DNA of 64,000 nucleotides from a virus. Positions 19,305 through 29,212 of the stretch are shown piece after piece (the first letter of the stretch is position 1; each line of letters starts with the position of its first letter). Where the stretch lies: the IMG/VR virus record IMGVR_UViG_3300042298_003235, positions 34,484 through 98,483 of that record; one strand, written 5' to 3'. The notes under the pieces are model-generated. The model did no database searches and was not told where the DNA came from. It saw only the letters and a list, made by a program, of their open reading frames with translations. The position numbers and the translations under genes were made by a program.

Positions 19305-20187
19305 CCAAACCAAGCAAAAAAAAATTAGCAGACAGTATATTGTAAGAACAATATATAAAGCCATAAATATATTTGGTATACAAAATATTATTCTTAAAGT
19401 AAGAATTTTTATATCTTTGTTTCAAAAAAATACGCCAGATGCAGGGCATTGGAGCTATAATATAAAAAACAATAAATGGGTAGAAAACTTACAACTAGCA
19501 AAGAAAACAAAATCTCACTATACTCTAAGAAGAGAAAATGGAAATAGCAAATATATATTCCATATAGACAGCTTTCCAAGACAAGGCAATACATCTCTAA
19601 GAGCAATCTTTCTTGAAGTATTTCCCACGCTGATAATGCCAGATGCAATGGTACACGTAGTGGCTTTCACTGAAGAAAAGATTAAAAAAGGGGAGATAGT
19701 GGTCAGTACCTTAAGAGAGCCTCACGACACTCTTTGTTCTTTTATAAGTAGATCTATCTCTGATAACGAAATAAATAAAGATTTATTCGAAAGTAAAAAT
19801 AAAATAAACAAACAAATAATAAAAAGTGCAGTTAAATTCTACAATAGATACTTTGAATTTAATATAAAAAATTATGACAAAATTTATTTTATAAGCTTTG
19901 AGCAAGTTCTAAGTATGTATCAAGATTATTTAAGTAAAAATGAAACAAATAATTATATATTAAAGTATTTTTCTAAAAAATACAATTTACCTTTTGCAAC
20001 GATTGAAAAAACACATCCAAGAGTTGACAATATTAACTATAGAAGTACGGTTAATCAAGATGTAAAGGCGTACTTAATAACTAACAAATTTTATTTAAAA
20101 AAAATTAAGAAGTCATACAAATTATATAATAAGCTAGCTAATATGATAGATACAGATCAAAGAGGAATTTACAATAATGGAATATAA
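19261..20187 (+). CDS. Sulfotransferase-like protein (start uncertain)
   Basis: DSFPRQGNTSL (5'-PSB loop-like), LREPHDTLCS (3'-PB-like), ISFEQV. Very AT-rich. Confidence 0.55.
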   Translation: MSTQSNFPLQDQATNQTKQKKISRQYIVRTIYKAINIFGIQNIILKVRIFISLFQKNTPDAGHWSYNIKNNKWVENLQLAKKTKSHYTLRRENGNSKYIFHIDSFPRQGNTSLRAIFLEVFPTLIMPDAMVHVVAFTEEKIKKGEIVVSTLREPHDTLCSFISRSISDNEINKDLFESKNKINKQIIKSAVKFYNRYFEFNIKNYDKIYFISFEQVLSMYQDYLSKNETNNYILKYFSKKYNLPFATIEKTHPRVDNINYRSTVNQDVKAYLITNKFYLKKIKKSYKLYNKLANMIDTDQRGIYNNGI

Positions 20188-20977
20188 AGACCATAAACAT
20201 GGTGTCGTCGTCTTTGATAACGCCTTGGATATAGATAAATCTTTTATAAAAGAATACATAAATTGGCTAAGAGAAAACGATGAATCAGTTTTCCAAAAAG
20301 TTACAACAGAGGAGGGCAGCCATGCAGTCAATAGATCAGGATTTAAATTTAACTTAAACTCTTTGGAAACTGCACCGGATAGATTTACTGATACTGTTGG
20401 TTCCCACTCTGGCAGAAAGCCTAAACCAGAATATACAGATTTCGTAAAAGCATGCGCAGATGCTACCTACAAGTGCTTAGTTCAGTATTGCTCGATATAC
20501 ACAGAGGCAGCTAGTACCATCTGGTGGAGAGGGCACGGTCATATAGCTGGTTACACAGAAGGAAAAATGATAGGCCCACATTGTGACAATAGGGTTCAGT
20601 TTGATTTCACTGAACTTCCTAAGGTAACAATGCCATTTCATAACGTAATAAGCGCAGCATTATATTTAAACGATTGCGTAGATAATGAATCAGAAGTTGA
20701 AGATGGGTCTTTTAGTGGCGGTCATATAAAATTTAAATACGCTGATTTAGATTATGCCCCAAAGGCTGGAAGCGTTGTCCTATACCCGTCTAACTATATA
20801 GGGACACACGAAGTCACACCAGTAACTGCAGGAGAAAGATATGCTTTCTTGCAATTCTTTGCTTACGGGATTCCAACTAACCCAGACGGCCTAGTAAACG
20901 ATGGTGGAAATTTAGATTGGCTTAAAGATTTAGAATCTGATTCTAGAAAAATAATTGACGCAAAGAGACATGGTTAA
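20177..20977 (+). CDS. 2OG-Fe(II) oxygenase
   Basis: WWRGHGH, HCDN, ALYLND, YPSNYIGTHEV, GERY. Confidence 0.85.
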   Translation: MEYKDHKHGVVVFDNALDIDKSFIKEYINWLRENDESVFQKVTTEEGSHAVNRSGFKFNLNSLETAPDRFTDTVGSHSGRKPKPEYTDFVKACADATYKCLVQYCSIYTEAASTIWWRGHGHIAGYTEGKMIGPHCDNRVQFDFTELPKVTMPFHNVISAALYLNDCVDNESEVEDGSFSGGHIKFKYADLDYAPKAGSVVLYPSNYIGTHEVTPVTAGERYAFLQFFAYGIPTNPDGLVNDGGNLDWLKDLESDSRKIIDAKRHG

Positions 20978-21812
20978 TACTATGGAAATTTATCCTGTCT
21001 CAGGTAGTGTTGGCGCAGAAGTATCTGGCTTTGATTTAACTAAAGACCTAGAAGAAAAGCAAGTGTCTAGTATACGCTCAGCTTTGTTAGACCACAAAGT
21101 ATTATTTTTTAGAGATCAAAAGATAAACGAAGAACAGCTGATAGCATTTGGTAAAAAATTTGGAGAACTTAACACTCACCCTTTTATAGGCGGGGCAGAG
21201 AATTATCCCGAAATAATTAAAGTGCTTACAGAGCCAACTACTACAGCTAACTTTGGAGGCGACTGGCATCATGACGTAACCTTTATGGAAAAGCCAGATA
21301 TGGCTACAATTCTACACGCAAAAGAAGTACCTGATTTTGGTGGAGATACTTTATTTGCTAACCAGCATGCCGCTTACGATGCGCTTTCTGACAGTATGAA
21401 AGATTTTTTATCTGGCCTGCATGCAGTTCATGATGCAAGTCTAATCTTTGCTGGTAATGGATATTATTCTAAAAACTCTCACTCTATAGATACAAAAAAT
21501 GAAGAGGAAGCTACGACAAAGGCTATTCACCCAGTTGTAAGAACTCATCCGGAAACCGGCAGTAAAGCATTATTTGTGAATTATTCATACACCAATAGGA
21601 TAGTCGAATTATCAAAAAAGGAATCAAAGACACTGCTTAAGTTTTTATTTGATCACTGCACTAGTGAAGAGTTTACCTGCAGATTTAGATGGCAAAAAGA
21701 CTCGATTGCGATGTGGGATAATAGATCAGTCAAGCACTACGCCCTATTCGACTACAAGGGTAAAACAAGAGTAATGCATAGGGTAACAATTAAGGGCGAT
21801 AAACCATTCTAG
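20970..21812 (+). CDS. tauD: TauD/TfdA family dioxygenase
   Basis: GAEVSGFDL, HKVLFFRDQ, WHHDVTF, GGDTLFA, HPVVRTHPETG, WDNRSVKHYA, RVMHRVTI. Confidence 0.9.
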   Translation: MVNTMEIYPVSGSVGAEVSGFDLTKDLEEKQVSSIRSALLDHKVLFFRDQKINEEQLIAFGKKFGELNTHPFIGGAENYPEIIKVLTEPTTTANFGGDWHHDVTFMEKPDMATILHAKEVPDFGGDTLFANQHAAYDALSDSMKDFLSGLHAVHDASLIFAGNGYYSKNSHSIDTKNEEEATTKAIHPVVRTHPETGSKALFVNYSYTNRIVELSKKESKTLLKFLFDHCTSEEFTCRFRWQKDSIAMWDNRSVKHYALFDYKGKTRVMHRVTIKGDKPF

Positions 21813-21842
21813 AAATGGCAGTATCTTTAGGCTTAAGGTTAG

Positions 21843-21850
21843 TTACTATA
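21843..21850 (+). promoter_or_regulatory. TTACTATA candidate phage promoter
   Basis: Intergenic, 30 nt before ATG 21881. Confidence 0.55.
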
Positions 21851-21880
21851 GCTAGTAGATCAAATTGAAAGAGCATACTT

Positions 21881-22162
21881 ATGTACAATATGGAAATTGC
21901 CTATAGCCAAAATAACGCTACTTATTCTGGCACGGTTATCATATATGCCCCCTCATTAGAAAACCCAATTACATTAAATAATATAAGCATTATTTCTGTA
22001 AATCAATTAAACTATTCAAATTATACAACGGTTGCAGTTTTAAGTATAGATACCGCACCTGACGGGACTATCACGGTAAGCGTGGTTGATGAAACGGCAA
22101 GTGCCCTTATCGGGATAACTAGTTTCTCAAACTTAGGACATGGTTTAATCGCAGTTTCTTAA
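21881..22162 (+). CDS. Small beta-rich hypothetical (possibly virion) protein
   Basis: ORF filling the gap between two TTACTATA motifs. Confidence 0.6.
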   Translation: MYNMEIAYSQNNATYSGTVIIYAPSLENPITLNNISIISVNQLNYSNYTTVAVLSIDTAPDGTITVSVVDETASALIGITSFSNLGHGLIAVS

Positions 22163-22191
22163 CCGCTATCTGATTTATCTCACGTTTTCTG

Positions 22192-22199
22192 TTACTATA
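22192..22199 (+). promoter_or_regulatory. TTACTATA candidate phage promoter at the head of the neck/tail operon
   Basis: Intergenic, upstream of GAGG and ATG 22228. Confidence 0.55.
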
Positions 22200-22227
22200 A
22201 TATTACAATTCTTTTAGTGAGGCTCCA

Positions 22228-23136
22228 ATGACACTAACTTCAATTATCATAAATGATAAAGTACGTCTTAAAGTAAAATTTGTAGACACTGACCCAGTAA
22301 GTGGCCAGCAGGTAAACGTATCCCCAATTCAGGGTGGAGTAACTTTAATTATTAAAGACCCTGATGACTCAACAGTCTCAAATACAACTCCAGTGTCTTT
22401 GACTTCTTCTGAGTATTACTTTGATTTTACCCCATCAAAAGCCGGAGAGTACAATATAACGTTTGTTGGTGTTTTGCAAGATGGAACCTATATAACAGTT
22501 ACGCAGCAAATATATGTCAACAGTTTGGCCACCGATTACAGGCCAACAGTAACCCTAGGTAGCGATGAGATAATAAGTTTTACCACTGTTGTAGAGCCAT
22601 TATATCTAGACCCAGAAGAACTATTAGCTTTTTTCCCTGATGCTTCCTTAACCGAAGTGGGAGAGCTAATACATCATTATTCTACTGAAGTTAAAAAAAT
22701 ATTTTCAATAGAAGATTCAAATATATTCCCAGATTTGCCATTTACAGCGGTAGAGTATATCAAGGCATCCTCTGCTTGCGAGCTTAGTAGAACCTATGGG
22801 TTTGGTGGCGATGACGAGCTTTCCCTTAAACTAGGAGACCTTAGCGTAACCAACAAGTCAATGCCAAGATCGTCAGTCAATAGAGGTAACGCCACAACGT
22901 GGTGCCAAATTGCAGCCTCATTGAGAAAAGAACTTTTAGCTTCTCAAGTTTCTATGAGAGGCGTTCAACCAAAGGGTCTTCCTAGTGGACTTGGAACTAA
23001 GACTTCTGGGAAGCAAATAGACCCAGACACTGGTCTTGTTATTTATCTTTCAGATAGGGAACTGTATGGTCCGGGCAGAAAGGGTAGCGTAGTTGACGAC
23101 CCAATGCCGAAGAGGGGCCTAAGAAGTCGTGACTGA
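22228..23136 (+). CDS. Virion protein: Ig-like N-domain plus putative head-tail adaptor region
   Basis: YYFDFTPSKAGEYNITFVG Ig-like strand pattern, SLKLGDLSV, position before neck and sheath genes. Confidence 0.5.
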   Translation: MTLTSIIINDKVRLKVKFVDTDPVSGQQVNVSPIQGGVTLIIKDPDDSTVSNTTPVSLTSSEYYFDFTPSKAGEYNITFVGVLQDGTYITVTQQIYVNSLATDYRPTVTLGSDEIISFTTVVEPLYLDPEELLAFFPDASLTEVGELIHHYSTEVKKIFSIEDSNIFPDLPFTAVEYIKASSACELSRTYGFGGDDELSLKLGDLSVTNKSMPRSSVNRGNATTWCQIAASLRKELLASQVSMRGVQPKGLPSGLGTKTSGKQIDPDTGLVIYLSDRELYGPGRKGSVVDDPMPKRGLRSRD

Positions 23137-23509
23137 TTTAAGTAGAACTTTTAGAAACATACTAAAAAAATGGGGTCATGACGTTCTTATCCAAAGAAGA
23201 TTAGACAATGACTTCAACTACTCTTCTACCCTTGAAAGAGTAACGACTAGACATATGTACCCAGCAAACTCAGATTTAGTTAACCTTTTAAGAGAATCGT
23301 CAGAAGGAACATCGCCGGATGCGGTCGAAATGATATACTATTTTGAAACAAACATTAATCCAAGAACCGGTGATCGTATATATGAAAATATAGAAAATCA
23401 TCCAGATGGCCAAATGGTATACTTAATAGATTATGCAGTACCTATGCGTGGTAGATTTGGCAAGATAGAATATTGGGTTGCTGGAGCAACTAGAGAAAAG
23501 CCGGTGTAA
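23129..23509 (+). CDS. Putative head-closure/neck protein
   Basis: 126 aa, GHDVLIQR...YFE...PRTGDRIYE pattern, synteny. Confidence 0.5.
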   Translation: MTDLSRTFRNILKKWGHDVLIQRRLDNDFNYSSTLERVTTRHMYPANSDLVNLLRESSEGTSPDAVEMIYYFETNINPRTGDRIYENIENHPDGQMVYLIDYAVPMRGRFGKIEYWVAGATREKPV

Positions 23510-23510
23510 T

Positions 23511-25490
23511 ATGTCGTTATATACAAATGGTCAACAAGTTACTTTTAAGTTCTTGTTTAATCTAGATGCTGAGTTCTACGACCCAATCTATATAGATAGC
23601 AACTGGGCACAAAGGAATACATCCGCTACGCCATTCTATGGTTCCACTACTCGTGATATATTAATAAACGTCATAAGGGGAGAAAATGGCGGCGGTGGAA
23701 TTGTCGATGGCACTTTTTCATACAACGCTCAGTCGCTAGTGCCTGACTACGGTATACCTATCACAACGCAATTTAACACAAGCCCTGATTTAAAAACTAA
23801 GTTGGAAAAAAATTATATAACAAGAGAATCAAAAGGAGTATATAATTTCGTATATACGATACCAGAGAAACTTTTTCCAGGTAAATATACAATTGTTTTA
23901 GAAGCAAAGATAGATGGCGTAAGAGAAGTCAGAGAATTATATTTTCAAGTAAGAGATGTAAATTCAAAAAAACCAATATATATAAAAAGCAAACAAATAC
24001 AAGATAATATTGCAACTTTAACAACAGTCAATACCCATGACTTAAAACCGGAAGAGCTAATAACTATAACTGATGTAGACCCAGTTTTAGATGGAATATA
24101 TCAAGTTCGTGCTGTTTTGTCTTCAGACAAGTTTTCGGTGTATAAAGAAGCAGAAGACGTTGACTTAACAAATCTTTCTTCAACAGGTCTTGTTCTTAGG
24201 GAAAAATCCAATACTCCAACTTTGGTAACTAGTCAGACAATATTTTCTAATAGCACACAAGTAAATGCGATATACAAGACCTTAGTTCCAGGTAGAACAA
24301 ATTCAGTTTTATTAGTTGGTCACGCTGACTCGACTCTGTTAGGCCTTAACGAAATAAGAAGAATAAACTCTCTTCAAGAAGCAATAGATATAATGAGTGG
24401 GAACAAAAATTCACCGCTCCTTAGGGCAGTTTTCGATTGCCAAGCAGCAGGATGTAGCGATATCTATATAATGATATCTGCTCCGATGTCTGAGTATATT
24501 GAAGATCAATCAATGGTAAACCAAAAAAGACCTGATTTAATATCTAATTCTTCAACACCAAGTTCTTTAACTTTTTATGAAAAGTATTATGAAAGATTAG
24601 AAAAAACATACCTCAATGCAAGAGAAGTAGATTTTATAGATATAATAGTTCCAGTTGGAGTTTCTTTTGTAAGGAATGATGGAGTTAAATTTGTTAGACA
24701 GCTAGCAGATCATTGCGATCACGTTTATAGAAACACTTCGGCGATAAGAATAGGCATTGTTGGCTCTAGGTCTAAAGGGATGAACGAAGAAGATGTTAAC
24801 ACTATCTCAAGTATCGATTTTTTAAAAAACATATTAAAAGATTCAAATGGGACATTGCCAGAAGAAATAGACATAGATGGTAATAACCTAGATATTGGAA
24901 GATATATCTTACTATATTATGGAGAGGCAGTCTTTAATTATCCTCAATTATCCTTTACTTACACTAACTCAATAGCTGCGGCAGTTGCTGGGCAGTTATC
25001 TGAATGGCCAGTGTATATGGGTTTGAATAGAAAAGTTTTAAAAGGTGCGTACTCTGCTTTTGGAGTTCCGTTGAATGCAGCGCATGTGGCAAAACTGCAC
25101 AGCAGTAAGGTAAACACTCTTGTAAAAAATAATAGATCTAGAAGAAATATACCATTCCAAATTCTTTTGTCCGATGATAAAACTTTAGCAAAAGATGGCT
25201 CTAGCTTTGCAAACGTCCCGCAAGTAAGATTGGCCGCTATGATAATAAATGAAATTATACTAATAGCAGAGTCAAACATAGGGAAATTTGCGTACGATAC
25301 AATACAAGAAAAAGTTAATGGAATGTTTAAGGTTTTAAAAAACACAACTCCATCTATTGTTAGAGACTACAGGTTTGAGATCTTTGCGGATAAAAAAGAA
25401 AAGGGCAAGATATATTTAGAAATTGATTTAATATCGTCTCATGCTCTAAAAAGAATAAGTTTTAATATACTAACTGGACCAGGAGTTTAA
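23511..25490 (+). CDS. Tail sheath-like protein with extra N-terminal Ig-like domains
   Basis: C-terminal VRLAAMIINEI...IVRDYRF...IYLEIDLISSHALKRISFNI parallels the sheath C-terminus of 26305..27588, as does LLRAVFDCQAAGCSDIYIM. Confidence 0.65.
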   Translation: MSLYTNGQQVTFKFLFNLDAEFYDPIYIDSNWAQRNTSATPFYGSTTRDILINVIRGENGGGGIVDGTFSYNAQSLVPDYGIPITTQFNTSPDLKTKLEKNYITRESKGVYNFVYTIPEKLFPGKYTIVLEAKIDGVREVRELYFQVRDVNSKKPIYIKSKQIQDNIATLTTVNTHDLKPEELITITDVDPVLDGIYQVRAVLSSDKFSVYKEAEDVDLTNLSSTGLVLREKSNTPTLVTSQTIFSNSTQVNAIYKTLVPGRTNSVLLVGHADSTLLGLNEIRRINSLQEAIDIMSGNKNSPLLRAVFDCQAAGCSDIYIMISAPMSEYIEDQSMVNQKRPDLISNSSTPSSLTFYEKYYERLEKTYLNAREVDFIDIIVPVGVSFVRNDGVKFVRQLADHCDHVYRNTSAIRIGIVGSRSKGMNEEDVNTISSIDFLKNILKDSNGTLPEEIDIDGNNLDIGRYILLYYGEAVFNYPQLSFTYTNSIAAAVAGQLSEWPVYMGLNRKVLKGAYSAFGVPLNAAHVAKLHSSKVNTLVKNNRSRRNIPFQILLSDDKTLAKDGSSFANVPQVRLAAMIINEIILIAESNIGKFAYDTIQEKVNGMFKVLKNTTPSIVRDYRFEIFADKKEKGKIYLEIDLISSHALKRISFNILTGPGV

Positions 25491-25492
25491 CA

Positions 25493-26224
25493 ATGCCACA
25501 AAATTCTTTTTCAATGCCTGGCTTAAACGAAAATGATATTTTAACCAATAGGTCTTACAGTGGCGATCCACTTCAGGCGGCTGGTAATTTAAGTTATATT
25601 GAATTCATGGCTTTAGTAAAAGCCCTATGGGAAAACGCATATCCTCAAATACCACTTGAGCCAGAAGATGGCGGGCAGTACGCAAGCTATCCAATGATAA
25701 CTTATACATTAGAACTCAAGAGGACCCATACTTCAGAGCCAAAGCCAAGAACTAGACACATGCCTAAAGACGCCGACGAGATCATATACGGTCAAAGGTT
25801 TCAAAATGTCGTAGGGTTTAACGTCTATACTAGAGCCAATAAGGCTGATATACCAGACGATGAAAACCCCGGGTACAGCGGTGCAGACGCAGCAGATAGA
25901 ATAATTGAAGTATTTGAAGACTTCATGATGGAGCATACTCCAGTCTTTAAAAGACTAGGTGCTTCAGAGTTTGTATACTCAAGAAGAATGGCTGACTCTA
26001 AGTCTTCTAGGAACTCTATAGATGTTTGTAAAAGAACAGTCACCTATATGTTGACTACTGAAAAACTTTGGGCTACAACCATATCTAGGATTGAAAAGAT
26101 CATACTCGACATAAGGTCTTATATGGCTACGGAAATGTCAAATACCTTAAAATCTACTCCTGACTATACTGGTACAGAAGTTAATTTAATAGACCTATAT
26201 CAATCTAGTACTCCATCTTATTAA
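25493..26224 (+). CDS. Putative tail terminator/completion protein
   Basis: YPMITY, ADRIIEVFEDFM pattern, position directly before the sheath. Confidence 0.45.
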   Translation: MPQNSFSMPGLNENDILTNRSYSGDPLQAAGNLSYIEFMALVKALWENAYPQIPLEPEDGGQYASYPMITYTLELKRTHTSEPKPRTRHMPKDADEIIYGQRFQNVVGFNVYTRANKADIPDDENPGYSGADAADRIIEVFEDFMMEHTPVFKRLGASEFVYSRRMADSKSSRNSIDVCKRTVTYMLTTEKLWATTISRIEKIILDIRSYMATEMSNTLKSTPDYTGTEVNLIDLYQSSTPSY

Positions 26225-26250
26225 TGTAGTTTGTTTTTATAACTTGCTTG

Positions 26251-26258
26251 TTACTATA
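26251..26258 (+). promoter_or_regulatory. TTACTATA candidate phage promoter for sheath/tube
   Basis: Intergenic, upstream of SD GGAGG and ATG 26305. Confidence 0.55.
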
Positions 26259-26304
26259 CTCCATGAGTTAATTTTTAAATATCAATTTTGGAGGTTGAAG
26301 CTAA

Positions 26305-27588
26305 ATGGCTATTCCAGGTGTAAAAACAATAATCAAAGATCGCTTTTATAGCATTTCTCGCTCGGACCTTCCGGTTGGACCTAGAGTAGTTGTAATAGCG
26401 AAAAGAAATACCGCTGCTGGAACTGGAAATGTTCCAGATTTAGACGCTGTCCAAGTGACAAACGAAGCAGATGCGATAACTGCTTTCGGCAATAACTCAG
26501 ACTTGCATCGTGCATTTATTGAATTAGTTGCATCAGGTGCAGAAAGAATCTATATGGTTCCACTGCCATCAAACACTGTTTTTGTTCCAGGTACTTCATC
26601 AGTAACTGCAGACATTACTTCAAGCAGCACAAGCGTTTTCGACGCAGCATTTGAAGCAGCAGAATCAGTTTTGCCAGATATCATTATCCCTTGGGGTCGT
26701 GGTGGCCACCCAACACAATGGGGTGCTACACCTTCTGAAGATACTGGTACTCTTGGCTTCTACGCAGATGACACAGCAACTGTAAATAATTCTATGGCTA
26801 CAAGAGTAGCTAGAAAATGCGCAGACATTTCGCAGAACTCACACCCTTGCTTCGCAGTTATGGGTATTAAGCCTTATCTTGGAGCAAGTGAAGTTATGAC
26901 ACCATCAGTTGTCAGCACCCACTTGGCTTTGACTAATCTTCCAGATAGGAACCAGGACATAGCTGTTACTACAACTGACTCTGCTGGTAACATAATATAT
27001 GTCAGACTTGCCGAAGCAGGTAGGCACTTGTTCGTTGTTGCTTCCGAGCTTATCCCAACAGGCTATAGTTCAACTTGGGGTTACTCAAACGGAGCAGCTT
27101 CATTGGCTGGTACATTAACAAGATTGGCTTCTTATACTTCGCCATCTAACAAAGTACTTTATAATATAACGACAATGAGATATAACCCATCAAGAGTTGC
27201 GCAAGCATCTATTGGTTCTAAGGGAATTAACTCTGTAGCGTTAAACTTTAACAGAGTTCCAATTTTTGCAGAAGGACTTTCTTTTGCAGCAGACACTTCA
27301 GACTACACTAGAATTTCTACTATGAGAATAATAAGCGAGTGCTCCTTGCTTGTTCGTCAAGTATGCCAGAAGTTCGTCGGAGAGGCTTCTACCATTCAAG
27401 TTAGAAACTCAATGGAAACTGCAGTCACATCAGCTCTACGAGGAATGATGCAATTAGGTGCCCTACTCGACGCAGATTTTGCGGTTTCGTATATTGCGAA
27501 CGAGAATAAGGCGGTAATCGACCTTGTAGTAACACCAGCCTTCGAGCTAAAGAGTATCGAAGTGCGTTTATCAGTAAACTTAGCCTAA
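26305..27588 (+). CDS. Tail sheath protein
   Basis: N-terminal IPGVKTII, AITAFG, C-terminal YTRISTMRI...FVGE...AVIDLVVTPAFELKSIEVRLSV. Confidence 0.85.
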   Translation: MAIPGVKTIIKDRFYSISRSDLPVGPRVVVIAKRNTAAGTGNVPDLDAVQVTNEADAITAFGNNSDLHRAFIELVASGAERIYMVPLPSNTVFVPGTSSVTADITSSSTSVFDAAFEAAESVLPDIIIPWGRGGHPTQWGATPSEDTGTLGFYADDTATVNNSMATRVARKCADISQNSHPCFAVMGIKPYLGASEVMTPSVVSTHLALTNLPDRNQDIAVTTTDSAGNIIYVRLAEAGRHLFVVASELIPTGYSSTWGYSNGAASLAGTLTRLASYTSPSNKVLYNITTMRYNPSRVAQASIGSKGINSVALNFNRVPIFAEGLSFAADTSDYTRISTMRIISECSLLVRQVCQKFVGEASTIQVRNSMETAVTSALRGMMQLGALLDADFAVSYIANENKAVIDLVVTPAFELKSIEVRLSVNLA

Positions 27589-27618
27589 CATAACCGATAA
27601 GAATCACGGAGGGTTCAA

Positions 27619-28308
27619 ATGGCAGGAGAATATTACGACAGTCCAGTTAATAAGTATCTGAATACTTATACTACTTTTTCTGGAGCTGACATTGTAGCAA
27701 CATTTGGTGGAATTGAAATAGGTGCGCTTTCGGGCATAACTTTTTCTGTCACCAGAGAAAAGGCACCAATTTATACCATGGGTTCACCAAACCCTAGATC
27801 TTTTTCTAGAGGAAAACGTGGTATCGCTGGATCATTAATCTTTACAGTTTTTGACAGACCAGCACTGTACACCATGCTTGATAAGCACCACAACACACCA
27901 GACGAGATGAAGTTCTTCACAAGAGCCCATAACACTCTTCCTGGAGACACTAACCATAGAAGAGGCATTGCAGAATTTACAGATCAGACAAGAGACGTAA
28001 CAAGCAAGGTTCCATTCTACGCAGACCAAATACCACCTTTCGACATAACAATTACTTTTGTTAACGAATATGGTCAGGCAGCTGCAAGATCAATCTATGG
28101 TTGCGAACTTCTTAACGAAGGCTCTGGTGCATCGATGGACGATATAGTTATAGAAGAAACTATGACATATGTCGCTAGAGAACTTGGCCCTATGTACAAG
28201 ATTGCGAATGACCAGTTATTCAGGATGAATTCGGAAAATCTTGGTGATATAATTTCAAAGGACGCAGTTAAGCAATCGAAGCTTAACCCTGATATCATTA
28301 GACCATAG
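27619..28308 (+). CDS. Major tail tube protein
   Basis: Follows the sheath. TFSGADI...ITFSVTREKAPIYTMG...RGKRGIAGSLIFTVFDR...PPFDITI...IEETMTYVAR. Confidence 0.75.
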   Translation: MAGEYYDSPVNKYLNTYTTFSGADIVATFGGIEIGALSGITFSVTREKAPIYTMGSPNPRSFSRGKRGIAGSLIFTVFDRPALYTMLDKHHNTPDEMKFFTRAHNTLPGDTNHRRGIAEFTDQTRDVTSKVPFYADQIPPFDITITFVNEYGQAAARSIYGCELLNEGSGASMDDIVIEETMTYVARELGPMYKIANDQLFRMNSENLGDIISKDAVKQSKLNPDIIRP

Positions 28309-28344
28309 CACTAATACAACTTCTTAGTTGTTTAAGAATAGTTT

Positions 28345-28389
28345 GGGGCAAGTGTAGGGAGTACGCTCTCTGCGCTTGCCCCTTTTCTT
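28345..28389 (+). terminator. Rho-independent terminator after sheath-tube
   Basis: 17-bp stem GGGGCAAGTGTAGGGAG / CTCTCTGCGCTTGCCCC (3 G-U pairs), TACG loop, followed by TTTTCTT. Confidence 0.85.
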
Positions 28390-28406
28390 AAGGAGAAACA
28401 AATACA

Positions 28407-29204
28407 ATGCCGCAAGTACCAATCCCGAATACTGGGTCATTCAGGCCACTTGAGCAATACACTAGCGGTATAACTATACCATCTCAAATAGATATAGCTC
28501 AAATAAACAAAACTACAAGAGACAGTCTTTACGAAGACAGCGTTAAAAAGTATAGAAGAGAAAAGAATCTTCCAGATCCATTTTCAAATATGTCGTTTGC
28601 TGGCGTGGATATATCAGCCACCATGGTCATACCGGATATGGCAGAAGATGGCAATCTAAATAATCAAGGCGACGTCATAGAGTTAGCTGAACTCCAAACA
28701 ATATCTTACTCGATGCATAGAGAGAACACGCCAGTTAGAACATTGGGACACGTCAACCCAAGAGGTTTTGTAAAGGGCCCTAGAACAATTGCTGGGTCAT
28801 TAATATTTACAGTATTTAACGAGTATGCTTTCTATAGAATAAAGCAATTTAAAAGAAAGCTTTCTATGCTGGGGTATTCTCCTTTAGCAGACATGCTTCC
28901 ACCTTTTGATATAGTATTAACGTTCTTTAACGAACATGGTTTGTATGGAAAAATGAAAATATTTGGTTTGACTATAATCGACGAAGGACAAACAATGTCT
29001 GTAGATGACCTTATTACAGAACAAACTTATACATATATGGCTAGAGGCATACAGCCACTTGTCCATTACGACCCAGACGATAGCTTCACCTATCCTGACG
29101 AAATTGAAAAGAGAGTAAACTCTGCTATAATATCTCAAGGCTTCTTTGGAGATAAAGCAAGAGAATACCATAACGTTATTGATAAAACAATACCTCTAAG
29201 TTAG
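28407..29204 (+). CDS. Tail tube paralogue (tube initiator-like)
   Basis: SFAGVDI, ISYSMHRE, GPRTIAGSLIFTVFN, PPFDIVL, TEQTYTYMAR align with the tube. Confidence 0.7.
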   Translation: MPQVPIPNTGSFRPLEQYTSGITIPSQIDIAQINKTTRDSLYEDSVKKYRREKNLPDPFSNMSFAGVDISATMVIPDMAEDGNLNNQGDVIELAELQTISYSMHRENTPVRTLGHVNPRGFVKGPRTIAGSLIFTVFNEYAFYRIKQFKRKLSMLGYSPLADMLPPFDIVLTFFNEHGLYGKMKIFGLTIIDEGQTMSVDDLITEQTYTYMARGIQPLVHYDPDDSFTYPDEIEKRVNSAIISQGFFGDKAREYHNVIDKTIPLS

Positions 29205-29212
29205 GAAGACAA

